Made by a program: the position numbers and the translations under genes
The notes under the pieces: model-generated
What the model saw: the letters and a program-made list of their open reading frames with translations, nothing else
The model's database searches: none
Told to the model about the DNA's origin: nothing
Source of the DNA: Candidatus Latescibacterota bacterium
Lineage (GTDB): Bacteria; Latescibacterota; UBA2968; UBA8231
NCBI GenBank assembly: GCA_965219385.1
Contig: CBDCNM010000001.1
Location: 174,631-238,630, forward strand
DNA length: 64,000 nt
Direction of reading: 5' to 3'
Shown here: one piece after another, positions 41,790 to 52,471 of the stretch
Position numbering within the stretch: position 1 is the stretch's first letter
Layout of the letters: every line of letters begins with the position of its first letter

Positions 41790-42036
41790 AACCATACTGC
41801 ATGCATTGGTAGCCACGTGGTTGTTGATCCCCCAAAAAGGAGGATATCATGCCACCGGACAGTTACCAGCAGCCGCAATATTCATAAAATGTTCGCGGCT
41901 GCGCGGTTCTAACCCACCTGTACTACCAGTCCCGCCCTTCATCCCACCCGGGCCGGACTACCACAGAGTCGCTTGCTAGACTCTTCAGTACGGACGAAAG
42001 CCCTGTTCGACACACCTCGAACAGGGCTTTCATTTT
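41790..42036 (+). ncRNA. Candidate structured sRNA or attenuator leader containing a 12-codon ORF (41849-41887)
   Basis: Lies between the promoter and terminator; AGGAGG RBS, several GC-rich helices. Confidence 0.5.
41996..42036 (+). terminator. Intrinsic terminator
   Basis: Perfect 15-bp stem GAAAGCCCTGTTCGA/TCGAACAGGGCTTTC followed by ATTTT. Confidence 0.75.
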
Positions 42037-42052
42037 GATTCTTGGATGGTCG

Positions 42053-43489
42053 ATGAGATACTTTGCCTTGGTGCGAATGGCACTTCAACACCTTAGGTAC
42101 AGGCCTATTTTGGGAGGACTCCTCCTCGTGGCTTTGTGGGGCTGCGACGATTCCATCGAGCGCAATATCGAGCGCCTGAATCAGGGCGGCGAAGAGGCAG
42201 AAGCCGCCCGCAAAAGACTTAACAAAACAAAACCCATCGACACCATGGCGCTGATCAGGGCCTTCCGGACCAAGGACCATCCTCCGCCCGCCCGGGTGGA
42301 CATGGCCGAAGCCCTCTATCAGGTCTACCTGAGGGAAGAAGACCGGCGCGTCCTGGCGGCCCTGATAGAGGGCCTGAACGACCCGGACGCGGCGGTGCGC
42401 ACCAAGGTGGCCAGCGCCCTGGGGGATTTGGGTCAGGAACAGGCCGTGGCCCCCTTAGTCGACCAACTGGTAGGCGAGGGGAATGATGCTGCGCGCTACC
42501 AGATGCTGGTCGCCCTGGAGGCACTGGGAAGAGAAGATGGCCCGGTCCCATTTTCTTCCCGGATCACCAGCGCCAGGATGAGTGCGGAGGACAACATGCG
42601 CTTTTCCCGCGTCCTGGTGCAAATGACCCGGGAGAATCTGTCGGATTCCCTGCGTTTGCAGACCCGCGAGTGGCTGGAAGTCCTGGCGGCGGAGAAAGCC
42701 TTGGAAGCCCACACCTGGGTGGAAAAAGGGGATCGGCAATGGGCGGAAAAACTCCTGCTGGCCGCCAGGGATCAGATTCCGGACAGCAAGAACATCAACT
42801 GGCAACTGGGCCGTTTTTACTGCGACCACGGCGACCGGGAAAAGGGCTTGCGGACCCTGGACGCCGCCGGTCTGCTGGCCCGGGTCCACCGGATGCACGC
42901 CCGTCCCCGGATCGACGGCGTGCTGGAGAAACCTGCCTGGCAAAACATCGCCCCCCTGACCCGGTTCTACCAGTGCCTCTGGAACCAGCGCGCCTATCCG
43001 GTCGCAGGGGATGCCGAGATCTACCTGGGTTATTACGACAGCGATCTCTACATCGGTTTCAAAGGCTACGAGCCTTCCACCCACAACCTGGCCGCCGCGG
43101 CCACCCAGCGCGACGACGACAAGGTATCCCGAGACGACGTCATCGAGATCTTTCTGGACGCCAACCACGACTACCAGACCTATTACCACATCCTGGTAAA
43201 CAGCATCGGCACCGTCGTGGACCAGTACAACGATGGTACCCATCGCCAGGGAGACCTGGAATGGGACGGTTCCATCGCGGTCGCAGTGGCCCTGGCCGAT
43301 ACCTTCTGGACGGTCGAAATCCAGGTGCCGGTCCATCGTCTGGACAGCCAGCGGCTAGGCTATGGCGCTATCTGGGGATTCAATTTCGCCCGGGTGCGGG
43401 TTGCCAACTCATCCACCTATGCGCAGTGGGCCCCCACCTACGGCAGCGCCCATCGTCCGGATCGTTTCGGCTTTCTGGTCTTCGACTGA
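42053..43489 (+). CDS. Lipoprotein with HEAT repeats and a CBM9-like sugar-binding domain
   Basis: LWGC lipobox; LNDPDAAVR; PRIDGVL...DVIEIFLD...WTVEIQVP...WGFNFAR. Confidence 0.78.
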   Translation: MRYFALVRMALQHLRYRPILGGLLLVALWGCDDSIERNIERLNQGGEEAEAARKRLNKTKPIDTMALIRAFRTKDHPPPARVDMAEALYQVYLREEDRRVLAALIEGLNDPDAAVRTKVASALGDLGQEQAVAPLVDQLVGEGNDAARYQMLVALEALGREDGPVPFSSRITSARMSAEDNMRFSRVLVQMTRENLSDSLRLQTREWLEVLAAEKALEAHTWVEKGDRQWAEKLLLAARDQIPDSKNINWQLGRFYCDHGDREKGLRTLDAAGLLARVHRMHARPRIDGVLEKPAWQNIAPLTRFYQCLWNQRAYPVAGDAEIYLGYYDSDLYIGFKGYEPSTHNLAAAATQRDDDKVSRDDVIEIFLDANHDYQTYYHILVNSIGTVVDQYNDGTHRQGDLEWDGSIAVAVALADTFWTVEIQVPVHRLDSQRLGYGAIWGFNFARVRVANSSTYAQWAPTYGSAHRPDRFGFLVFD

Positions 43490-43493
43490 TGGT

Positions 43494-45530
43494 ATGACGG
43501 GTAAAAGCTACAGCGCTCTGGCCATCTTCCTCCTGGCCCTGGCCCTGCGTTTGATTCATCTCGCAGAGATCGCCGACACCCCTTACTTCGATACCCTCGT
43601 CCTGGACGCCGAAGAATACGACCACCTCTCCGACCAGCTCCTCAGGGGCGACTGGCTGCTCGACGACATGCCCACTTACGTCCACGGTCCCCTCTATACC
43701 TATGTATTTGCCCTGGTCAAGCTCCTTGGTTTCCACTTTCCTGCCATGCGTTTCATTCAGGCCATCCTGGGGGCCCTCTCCTGTGTCCTCGTCTGGCGGA
43801 TTGCCGGCCATATCTTTCCCCATCCAATCCCCTTGATTGCCGGCTTTTTAGCCGCCGGGTACTGGCCTTTTATTTTTTACAACAGCGAAATCCTGGCCAC
43901 TACCCTGGTGCTCTTTGTCGAACTGGTCCTGGCCTGGTTCCTCCTCCACGTTGGCAACAGACTCTCCTGGACCACCGCTCTCCTGGCCGGGCTCCTTTTA
44001 GCCCTGCTGATTACCGCGCGCAGCAATACCTTGCTGCTCTTTCCCCTAGTCGCGTGGTGGATCTACCAGCAAGCGGCCCCTGCCACAACCCACAGGAGGA
44101 GACTCCCCTGGGTCTTTGCCCTTTCTGTGTTGCTCTGCCTTGCTCCTTTTCTCCTGCGCAATCAGGTAGCACAGGGCACCCCTCTCCCCTTTCAGGGCAG
44201 CTGGAGCCTATTCCTGGGCACCAATCCGCAGGCGGACGGTACCCCTTATGCACGCCAGGGATTATCCTGGCAGCGCCTCGAAAGTCTCCCGCTCCAGGCC
44301 GGCTATACCACCCCGGCGGAGAGAGGACGCTTCTATCGCGCCGCCAGCCTGGATTTTGTCTTGGAGCACCCGGCCGACTATCTCCACCTGCTCTACCGCA
44401 AATTCAGGCTCTTCTGGCATGCCTTTGAAATTCCGGTCAGTACCGACCTGCGCTACTTCGAGGGGCACACCCTCCCGAGCCGCCTCCTGATTCTCAACTT
44501 CGGGGTGGTCGTGCCCCTGGCCCTGGCCGGAATGCTGTGGGGACGCCACCAGCCCGCCCACGTTCTGCTGTATGGCTTTATCCTGGTCTACCTGGCCACC
44601 GGCCTGCTCTTTACCGTATGCGCCCGCTATCGCCTGCCGGCCCTGCCCTTCCTGATGATCTTTGCCGCCCAGGGCATCTGGCAACTGGGAGTCTGGATCC
44701 GCACCAGAGCATTCGCCCGGGCTGGTGGTTTTGTCCTGCTCCTCGGCGCGGCCACAGCCCTGGTGCACACCGGGGTAGAGCAAGAACAGGTAGACCACCT
44801 CCGCTCCTCCTGGCTCCAGGGGCACGTCTACGTGCGCACCCAGCGCTACGACCTGGCCGAGCAGGCCTTTCTGCGCCGCCTGCAGGAAAACCCGAAGGAC
44901 TCCGATGCCCTCAACAGTCTGGCCGTGGTGTACCAACGCCAGGGCAGGGTAAAAGAGGCGGAAGCGACCTTCAAGCAGGCGGTCGAGGCCGCCCCGGACC
45001 ACTCCAGGCCCTGGCTCAACCTGGGAGACCTCTACTTAAAGCAACAGCGCCTGATCCCGGCCCGCAGGGCCCTAAAAACCGCCCTGCGCCACGATCCCCG
45101 GCCGCTGACCCAGCACGAGGGGTATCACAATCTGGGGTATGTGTTCCTGTTCCAGCAGGCCTCCCGGCAGGCCTACCAGGCCTTCAAACAGGCCCTGAAG
45201 ACCCACGAGCGGGCTACTACCCATTACGCCCTGGCCACGGCCTGTGCTTTTCTCCAGCTACACGAGGAACAACTCGACGCCCTGGAACGCGCGGTCGAAC
45301 TCGATCCGACTTTTGCGCCGGCCTACCGCAATCTCGGGGTGCTTTATCTGAAAAGGGGCAATCTCGATAAGGCGGGAAAAGCCATCCGGCAGGCCATCCG
45401 GCACGACCCGGATTCGCCGGTGGCCTATCGCCACCTAGGCGCCCTCTACCTGAAGCAGGGCCAGAAGGACCGCGCCCGGAAGGCCTTTGCAAAAGCCCTG
45501 CAGCTCAAAGGTTCGGACGGCGGTCCCTAG
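43494..45530 (+). CDS. GT-C (PMT/ArnT-like) membrane glycosyltransferase with TPR repeats
   Basis: Multiple TM segments, LDAEEYD, ARYRLP; C-terminal TPRs. Confidence 0.8.
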   Translation: MTGKSYSALAIFLLALALRLIHLAEIADTPYFDTLVLDAEEYDHLSDQLLRGDWLLDDMPTYVHGPLYTYVFALVKLLGFHFPAMRFIQAILGALSCVLVWRIAGHIFPHPIPLIAGFLAAGYWPFIFYNSEILATTLVLFVELVLAWFLLHVGNRLSWTTALLAGLLLALLITARSNTLLLFPLVAWWIYQQAAPATTHRRRLPWVFALSVLLCLAPFLLRNQVAQGTPLPFQGSWSLFLGTNPQADGTPYARQGLSWQRLESLPLQAGYTTPAERGRFYRAASLDFVLEHPADYLHLLYRKFRLFWHAFEIPVSTDLRYFEGHTLPSRLLILNFGVVVPLALAGMLWGRHQPAHVLLYGFILVYLATGLLFTVCARYRLPALPFLMIFAAQGIWQLGVWIRTRAFARAGGFVLLLGAATALVHTGVEQEQVDHLRSSWLQGHVYVRTQRYDLAEQAFLRRLQENPKDSDALNSLAVVYQRQGRVKEAEATFKQAVEAAPDHSRPWLNLGDLYLKQQRLIPARRALKTALRHDPRPLTQHEGYHNLGYVFLFQQASRQAYQAFKQALKTHERATTHYALATACAFLQLHEEQLDALERAVELDPTFAPAYRNLGVLYLKRGNLDKAGKAIRQAIRHDPDSPVAYRHLGALYLKQGQKDRARKAFAKALQLKGSDGGP

Positions 45531-45531
45531 A

Positions 45532-47013
45532 TTAATTCTCCACGTTGAGCAGATTCAGCTGGGCACTCGCACCAGCCGGCGCCCCAGAGGTGGAATCGGC
45601 AAAGGGGTATTTCCCACCGATACAGTAGGTGCACAAACTGCTGTCCGGAATGCCCGCCCGCTCGAAAGCCTTGAGCATGCTCTGGGACGAGATGTAGATT
45701 ACCGGCATCTCCATTTCCCGGCTTATTTGATCCTGGTCCCTTCCCCGCGCAATGAACTCGTCGCCGGGAGGAGGTTCGGGCGGCATGTCCACCCCAAAGG
45801 TACAACCCCTGGGGATCCCGTCTTCGCCGACAATGCCGATGGGCGGGGTATAGCTTACCAGGTAGGCCTTTTTCACCCTGCACTCTTCGTAGAGCAATTG
45901 CCGCGCCCTCTTCGAGTTGTTGCCCCTGACGATGCTGTCGTCCAGCAGGATCGCGGTCTTGCCCTCCAGGTCTGCGGCCTTGCCGGGCAGTACGTGCAGG
46001 TTGTCGCCAATGGACTTTTTGCGTTCGTCGGCCGTAGTGCCCAGAAAGGAACGCTCACCGCGCATCTTGTAAAACACGGTCTCAAAGGGCAGCCCGACCT
46101 TTTTGGCATAGGCTCTCGCAGCCACTTCCGGGCAGCGGGGCAGGTAGGTCACCAGGTCCACATCGTCGGGCCGAAATTCCTCGGCCAGGATCTCGCCGAG
46201 GGATTCCCGTATGCGCCGCACGCTCACCCCGTTGATAATCGAGTCCACATCCGTGATGTAATTCCATTCGAAGAAACAGTACGCCAGGGTGGGATCGAGC
46301 AGTTTTTCCTTGGTGTAATCCCCTTCGGGGGTCAGGTAGTAGATCGTGCCTGGCTCGAGATCCTCGATATAGTCACCCCCGTTTTTTCTGAAGGCGATGT
46401 CCTCGGAAGCCACCCCGTACTTGCCGTCCTTCCAGCCCAGGACTCCGGGTTTGATCCCGCTCCGGTCGCGCAGGACGATCACGTCCCTCTTCCTGGTATC
46501 GGCAATGGCCATGGTGAAAGCGCCGGGGATCTCGCGCAGGAAATCGTATTCTCCGCGCTGGCGGTACAGATGCAGCAGGGCTTCTGTATCGCAACCGGTC
46601 TTCACCTGATCCGGAGCGATGCATTTATAGAATGTCCTGTCCACCTGGCCATTGTGCACCGCGGCCAACTCGCAGTCCAGGATGAGGATGTGGTTACCCC
46701 TGGGCTCGGGCTTGCCCCCGACCACGTGGGGATGGGCGTCTTCGAGGATTTCGTCCTTCCGGCCCCGGGTGGCGTAGCGGACGTGGGCCATGTAGGTATG
46801 GTAGTTGGGGCTGGGTAGGATCTTGTGCAGATCCGTCACGTCGAACCGGTCCACTCCACCGGCCCACTTGATTACATCTATGCGCCCGTCCCCCACGGCT
46901 GCTATGCCGGCGGCCTCCCTCCCCCGGTGCTGTAGAGAACGCATGAACGAATAGGCGTCGTGCAGGGTGTGAGCTACGGAGAAGCCACAGTTGTGAAGGA
47001 TTCCCTCGGCCAT
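45532..47013 (-). CDS. purF: Amidophosphoribosyltransferase
   Basis: Short propeptide then CG, LQHRG, HVRYAT, HNG, DDSIVRG, C-terminal CTYC. Confidence 0.9.
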   Translation of the reverse strand: MAEGILHNCGFSVAHTLHDAYSFMRSLQHRGREAAGIAAVGDGRIDVIKWAGGVDRFDVTDLHKILPSPNYHTYMAHVRYATRGRKDEILEDAHPHVVGGKPEPRGNHILILDCELAAVHNGQVDRTFYKCIAPDQVKTGCDTEALLHLYRQRGEYDFLREIPGAFTMAIADTRKRDVIVLRDRSGIKPGVLGWKDGKYGVASEDIAFRKNGGDYIEDLEPGTIYYLTPEGDYTKEKLLDPTLAYCFFEWNYITDVDSIINGVSVRRIRESLGEILAEEFRPDDVDLVTYLPRCPEVAARAYAKKVGLPFETVFYKMRGERSFLGTTADERKKSIGDNLHVLPGKAADLEGKTAILLDDSIVRGNNSKRARQLLYEECRVKKAYLVSYTPPIGIVGEDGIPRGCTFGVDMPPEPPPGDEFIARGRDQDQISREMEMPVIYISSQSMLKAFERAGIPDSSLCTYCIGGKYPFADSTSGAPAGASAQLNLLNVEN

Positions 47014-47324
47014 ATTCACCACCTCTATTAAGGACTATGAAATGGATGTGGATAGCTTTCCTCGGATAACCTCCTGATATCATCTCCCCGCTCAATAATA
47101 TAAAGCAAACGTAAAACAAACGAAAATGACCGAAATACTTTTTCCTGCTTACCTTCTGAAGACATCGCTAGCTGGTGGTGTATCCCCGGAATCAATCGAG
47201 GCCAGATCCATCGGGCTACTGCCGTAAAGCGATGCTTGCGGAGTTGACATTTGCTCGGGCCGTGCGCTATATTATGCGGCCGAAAATACTGGTTTGCGGT
47301 TCCGCCCATATTGAGGAGGTTTTC

Positions 47325-49211
47325 ATGTTCGGATTTTCGTTCGGGCCGCGGCGTCTGGTCCTTGGTTTTATCCTCCTGATCGCCTTTGCTTCTCTGTGCC
47401 CGGCCGTCGAACTCGATCCGGAGGAGTTCATGCCGGTGGAGGAGATCAAACCGGGGATGAAAGGATACGGTCTCACGGTATTTTCCGGGACTAAAATAGA
47501 TACCTTTCAGGTCGAGATCCTCGGGGTGCGCAGGAGCACCCAGTGGCCGCGGTGGGACCTCATCTGGGCCAGGCTGGCAGGGGGGCCGCTCGAAAAGGCG
47601 GGGGTCATCGCCGGGATGAGCGGGAGCCCGGTCTACCTTGAAGACCGGCTCATCGGGGCCGTGGGCTACGGCTTTTGGGCTTCCAAGGAGCCGCTCGCCG
47701 GCATCACCCCCATAGAGCAGATGTTCGATACCTTTGAGGGCTCGAAGGGGCTTGGAACACCAGGGAAGAACTGGCAGGGTGGATTGGATGAGTACCCGGG
47801 GGTTGAATGGGGTGTAGCGCCCGAGGATCTGGAAAAAGGGGTTGACGCTGGATGGGGATCTGGCCCCGGCCTGGGGTCCAAAGGAGTAAAGGGGCTGCCC
47901 GGGGGCGGGTTGAACCTGGAGGCGGGGGTGGAGTCCAGGGTGGTTCCTCTGGCCACCCCGCTGATGATTTCCGGGGTGGACCACCAGGCCTTCGAGATGA
48001 TGTCACCGGTGCTGAAAGGCATGGGGTTCCTCCCCCTTCAGACCGGAGGGGCCTCGGTCTCGGAGGTCGAGTCCCCCGAACTCGAGCCTGGGGCCGGGGT
48101 TGGGGTCCAGTTCATGAGGGGTGATTTGAACCTCTACGGATACGGCACCCTCACCTACCGGAAAGGGAAAGAGATCCTGGCCTTCGGCCATCCCATGATG
48201 TTTGAGGGGGAGACGAACATGCCGATGATCACGGTGGATATCCACTTTGTGGTCCCGAGTATAATCCAGTCCTTCAAATACGGCTCGGCCATAGATCTTG
48301 TTGGAGCCGTGACCCAGGACAGGGTCTCGGCGATCGCCGGCGTCGTAGATCAGATTCCGAATCTGACGCCCGTGGCTGTTCAGGTGACGGATGCGGGCGC
48401 GACGAAGGAATTCAACTACGAAATCATAAAGCACAAGCAATTTACCCCTATGCTGATCCGGATCGGCGTATTGGCCACCATAGGCGCTGTCGGGAAACTG
48501 TCGGGGGACTATGCGGTCGGGCTGAAGACGGAAGTGAATCTGGAAGGGCACCCCCCCTTCGCAATGGAGGATTTCTTTTCCGGCAATGGGGCTCCGTTCC
48601 AGGCAGGATACTCGGTGTACCGCACCTTTACCCAGCTTTTGGGCAACGATTTCGAACAAGTGAACGCGGAGAGTGTCTCCATGGAGCTCTCCCTCCTCGA
48701 GCAGAGAAGAAGCGCGGTCCTGGAAGGGATCCGGGTCGACAAGGACGCCATCAGACCCGGGGACCCCATCGAGGTCACCTTGTTTGTCAGGCCGTACCTG
48801 GAGGATACTCAAACAAAAAGGATCTCCCTCGAAATCCCCGAAGACGTGCCCGAGGGCATGCTGGAGCTGAGGGTCTACGATGCCCGCACCGCCTATGGCG
48901 TGGAACGCTGGCAGGCGCCGCACAAATTCAGGCCGAGGAACATGACGGAGCTGATCGGGCTGGTGCGGGAAAGCCCGCGCAACAATGAGTTTGTGGTCGA
49001 TCTCTTTCTGCGCCGCACAGGGGCCACGGTCGGAGCCCTCGAACTGCCCTCGCTCCCGGCCTCCATGCTCGCGGTTTTGAAGACCACCCGGCAGGCGGGA
49101 GGATCCGGCCTGACCCAGGGCACCAATGTGGCGCGCCGGAAAATCGCGTTCGGTTACGTGGTTGCGGGGAGCAAGACCTTGCCCTTGCGAATCGACCGGA
49201 GAGCCAGATAA
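47325..49211 (+). CDS. SpoIVB/S55 peptidase domain protein (secreted)
   Basis: PGMKGYGLTVF, GVIAGMSGSPV, LAFGHP. Confidence 0.88.
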   Translation: MFGFSFGPRRLVLGFILLIAFASLCPAVELDPEEFMPVEEIKPGMKGYGLTVFSGTKIDTFQVEILGVRRSTQWPRWDLIWARLAGGPLEKAGVIAGMSGSPVYLEDRLIGAVGYGFWASKEPLAGITPIEQMFDTFEGSKGLGTPGKNWQGGLDEYPGVEWGVAPEDLEKGVDAGWGSGPGLGSKGVKGLPGGGLNLEAGVESRVVPLATPLMISGVDHQAFEMMSPVLKGMGFLPLQTGGASVSEVESPELEPGAGVGVQFMRGDLNLYGYGTLTYRKGKEILAFGHPMMFEGETNMPMITVDIHFVVPSIIQSFKYGSAIDLVGAVTQDRVSAIAGVVDQIPNLTPVAVQVTDAGATKEFNYEIIKHKQFTPMLIRIGVLATIGAVGKLSGDYAVGLKTEVNLEGHPPFAMEDFFSGNGAPFQAGYSVYRTFTQLLGNDFEQVNAESVSMELSLLEQRRSAVLEGIRVDKDAIRPGDPIEVTLFVRPYLEDTQTKRISLEIPEDVPEGMLELRVYDARTAYGVERWQAPHKFRPRNMTELIGLVRESPRNNEFVVDLFLRRTGATVGALELPSLPASMLAVLKTTRQAGGSGLTQGTNVARRKIAFGYVVAGSKTLPLRIDRRAR

Positions 49212-49243
49212 GACCATGCGATCATTCCTTTCCAATCAACTAA

Positions 49244-50148
49244 GAGGCCCTAACAAAACTCTTTGAGGTACTTCCAACAGATGAGAATACATCCAATGTC
49301 GAGAAAGGCTTCATGGAGATCACCTCGTCGCTCCCAGCGGACTCGAAGCCGACGGAATTGGTGCAACCATGCCAACGTTCGTTCCACCACCCACCGATAG
49401 ACGCCCAAGCCGCTGCCGTGGGCTTGCCCTCGCCGAGCCAACACCGAGCCGATGCCCCGCTTACGCAAGGCGCGCCGATGGGCTTGCGAATCATAGGCCC
49501 GATCCCCTTGCACCCGATCCGGCCGACGACGCGGGCGGCCGACCCGACCGGCCACCGGGGGTATGCGATCCACCAACGGCAACAGCTGCGTCACATCATG
49601 CCGATGGGCCCCCGTCACCCCCGCCGCCAACGGCACCCCTTGGGCATCGGTGATTACATGGTGTTTGCTACCGGGTTTGCCGCGGTCCGTCGGATTGGGA
49701 CCGGTGTGCGCCCCCCCCCAACCGCCCGCACCGAGGCACTATCGACCACCGCACGAGACCAATCAATCCGGTCGGCGGCCCTCAGTCGGTTCAACAGGAT
49801 ATGATGGACTCTTTTCCAGACCCCGGCTTGTTGCCAAGCGTGCAGGCGACGCCAACAGGTCATCCCCGAACCGCACCCCATCTCTTGAGGCAAATACTCC
49901 CAAGGGATACCCGTCTTGAGCACAAAGAGAATGCCGGTCAGCACCCTACGGTTATCCAGCCGAGGCCGCCCCCCTTGGGGGCCAACGGTTACGGGGGGCA
50001 AAACCGGTTCAATCAAGGCCCATAACCCATCGTCGAGTAACGGCTTGGCCATCAAAAACACCTCCATATCAAGACGGTAGAAGCAATACCGAAGAGGATA
50101 AGAATATAATGAAGCCTATACGCGATTCCAAGGTTTTGTTAGAGACTC
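49244..50148 (-). mobile_element. IS5-family element with two-ORF transposase (G-run frameshift)
   Basis: IRs GAGGCCCTAACAAAAC / GAGTCTCTAACAAAAC, TAA duplication; GPNPTDRGK, GDRAYDS, RWVVERT. Confidence 0.92.
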
Positions 50149-50161
50149 TAAGGAGAAAAAC

Positions 50162-52471
50162 ATGTTCGGAAAAAAGATTCTGCGGGCATTCTGGGCCGCA
50201 GGTCTCTTGGGCATCCTTTCGGCAGCCGGGTCGTGGGCTGTAACCCCTTCAATCTGGAAGGTGCAGACGCAGGGAGGCTTCGAGGCAGGGGAGTTGACCA
50301 ACATCTCGGTCAACAGCAGAGGAGAAGCCACCCTGGCGCCCTCTCTGGAGCAAATCGCCGACACCGAAGAGCTGTACATATGGTGCGTGGCTAGGGACGC
50401 CGGGGGGCGTGTGTACGTGGGCACCGGGAACAACGGCAAGGTCTTCAAGGCGACAAAGGCAGGGGAGTTGTCCCTGGTCGTGGATCTGGAGGAGCCGGAC
50501 GTCCTCAGCCTGGCGCTGGACAAAAAGGGCAATGTCTATGCAGGGACTTCCGCCAGCGGAACCATTTACAAGATTTCGCCCGCGGGAGAATCGAGCACAT
50601 TTTTCGCCACGGAAGAGGCCTATGTCTGGGCTCTGGTTCTGGATCCTGGCGGGAATCTGTACGCCGGGACCGGCGATAAGGGAAAAGTCTATAAAATCGC
50701 TCCGGATGGGAACGGGGCGGTGCTGTACGACTCCCCCGAAACCCACATCATGTCCTTGATCCGGGGGGAGGACGGCAACCTGTATGCGGGGGGAGAGGGC
50801 AGCGGCATCATCTATAAAATATCTCCCGCGGGGGCTCCCTTTGTGCTCTACGACGCAGCCGAAAAAGAGGTGCGGTGTCTGGCGCTGGATGCCGACGGGG
50901 TGCTCTACGCCGGAGCCATCGTCGGGGGAGGCACCAAGTCCGGCGCTCCGCCCATGCAGATGATGCCTGCGGGCGGCCCGCTGCCCGGGGCCATGCAGGG
51001 CGCCGGGGTCGAGGTGTCCGAAGGGGAAGAGACCCCGCTGCCCGGGCCCCAGCAAGCCGGTTCCATGCCTCCTTCGGGCGCTGTGCCGCCCGCTCGGGGC
51101 GGCCCGCGAGGCCCTGGGGGCCCCGGGGGGGGGTCGGCGCTCTACAAAATAGCGCCGGATGGCGTGGTCTCAAAGATCTGGCGCTCACCCGACCAGCAGG
51201 TGTTGTCCCTGGCCATCCGCCCCGGAGGGGACCTGATCCTGGGGACGGGGGGTGAGGGCAACCTCTACGCCGTGGATCCCGACCAGGAGGAAGCGACCAA
51301 CCTGACCCGGTCTTCCGAAGCTCAGGTGACGGTGATTCTGAGTGGAGACAGGGGGATGATTGTAGGCTCTGCCAATATGGGCAAGCTCTACCGGCTGGGG
51401 CCCGGACACGCCTCCGAGGGGACCCTGGAGTCGATCGCCCACAACGCCTCGACCTGGGCCCGGTGGGGCCGGGCGACCTGGGAGGGCGAGGCCGGCGGCG
51501 GCACCCGGATCGGGCTCTCCACCCGCAGCGGCAATACCGAGAAACCCGACTCCAGCTGGAGTCCCTGGACCGCGGCGGATCGGGCCGACCACGGCCGCAT
51601 CGCCAGTCCCAATGCCCGCTACGTCCAGTGGCGCGCCGAACTCAAGAGTTCAAAAGCGACGCAGACCCCTCTGCTCAACTCGGTTTCGGTCTCCTACCTG
51701 CAGAGAAACCTGAAACCCAGGGTGAATTTTGTGACAGCCGGTCCGCGCAACGGAGGGCAAGGCGGTCCCCGGAATAACCAGGGCGGTCCGTCCAGACCTC
51801 CTCAAGGCGGGGGCGGTCCGTCCAGACCTCTTCAGGGCGCCGGCGGCCCCCCCCCGCCCCCTCATCCGGGGGGTCCCCCCAGCCAGGGTGCTCCGCAAGG
51901 GGCTGCGGACCGACCCATCAAGGGCGCCGGGACCATAAGGTGGGGAGGGATAGACGCCAATGGCGACCAGCTGAGCTACGACCTCTTCTTTCGCGGTATC
52001 GAGGAAGAGGACTGGAAGCTTTTGAAGGAGGACCTCAAGAAAACCTCGCACACCTGGGACTCGGAATCATTCCCGGATGGTCGCTACCTGGCCAAGGTGG
52101 TCGCCTCGGACGAGCCGAGCAATCCGCAAGGGATGGCCCTTTCCGCTGAGAGGGTGAGCGATTCGTTCTCGGTGGACAACACCTCTCCCCGGGTGGAGAA
52201 TCTCAAGATCGAGGTCCAGGGCAATAGCGCGACTGTGACGGGGGTGGCAAAGGATGCGGCCAGTCTTTTGAAAGAAGGCGGGTGGGCTGTGGACGGAGGG
52301 GAACTGGCGGTCTTTTTTCCCGCGGATGAGATCTTCGATTCCAGGGAGGAGGCTTTTTCCTTCCCGGTGGAATTGCCGTCGAGCGGAGAGCATACTCTGG
52401 TCGTCCGGGTAGTGGATTGGGCCGGCAATGTCGGGGCGCAAAAGGTGACGGTAAAGACCAAGGGGGACTAA
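50162..52471 (+). CDS. Secreted beta-propeller repeat protein with Gly/Pro linkers and Ig/FN3-like C-terminus
   Basis: Repeated xYAGTG..G.(V/I)YKI.P.G units; signal peptide. Confidence 0.8.
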   Translation: MFGKKILRAFWAAGLLGILSAAGSWAVTPSIWKVQTQGGFEAGELTNISVNSRGEATLAPSLEQIADTEELYIWCVARDAGGRVYVGTGNNGKVFKATKAGELSLVVDLEEPDVLSLALDKKGNVYAGTSASGTIYKISPAGESSTFFATEEAYVWALVLDPGGNLYAGTGDKGKVYKIAPDGNGAVLYDSPETHIMSLIRGEDGNLYAGGEGSGIIYKISPAGAPFVLYDAAEKEVRCLALDADGVLYAGAIVGGGTKSGAPPMQMMPAGGPLPGAMQGAGVEVSEGEETPLPGPQQAGSMPPSGAVPPARGGPRGPGGPGGGSALYKIAPDGVVSKIWRSPDQQVLSLAIRPGGDLILGTGGEGNLYAVDPDQEEATNLTRSSEAQVTVILSGDRGMIVGSANMGKLYRLGPGHASEGTLESIAHNASTWARWGRATWEGEAGGGTRIGLSTRSGNTEKPDSSWSPWTAADRADHGRIASPNARYVQWRAELKSSKATQTPLLNSVSVSYLQRNLKPRVNFVTAGPRNGGQGGPRNNQGGPSRPPQGGGGPSRPLQGAGGPPPPPHPGGPPSQGAPQGAADRPIKGAGTIRWGGIDANGDQLSYDLFFRGIEEEDWKLLKEDLKKTSHTWDSESFPDGRYLAKVVASDEPSNPQGMALSAERVSDSFSVDNTSPRVENLKIEVQGNSATVTGVAKDAASLLKEGGWAVDGGELAVFFPADEIFDSREEAFSFPVELPSSGEHTLVVRVVDWAGNVGAQKVTVKTKGD
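51782..51830 (+). repeat. In-frame tandem repeat (30-bp period) in a Gly/Pro linker
   Basis: GGCGGTCCGTCCAGACCTC occurs twice. Confidence 0.7.
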
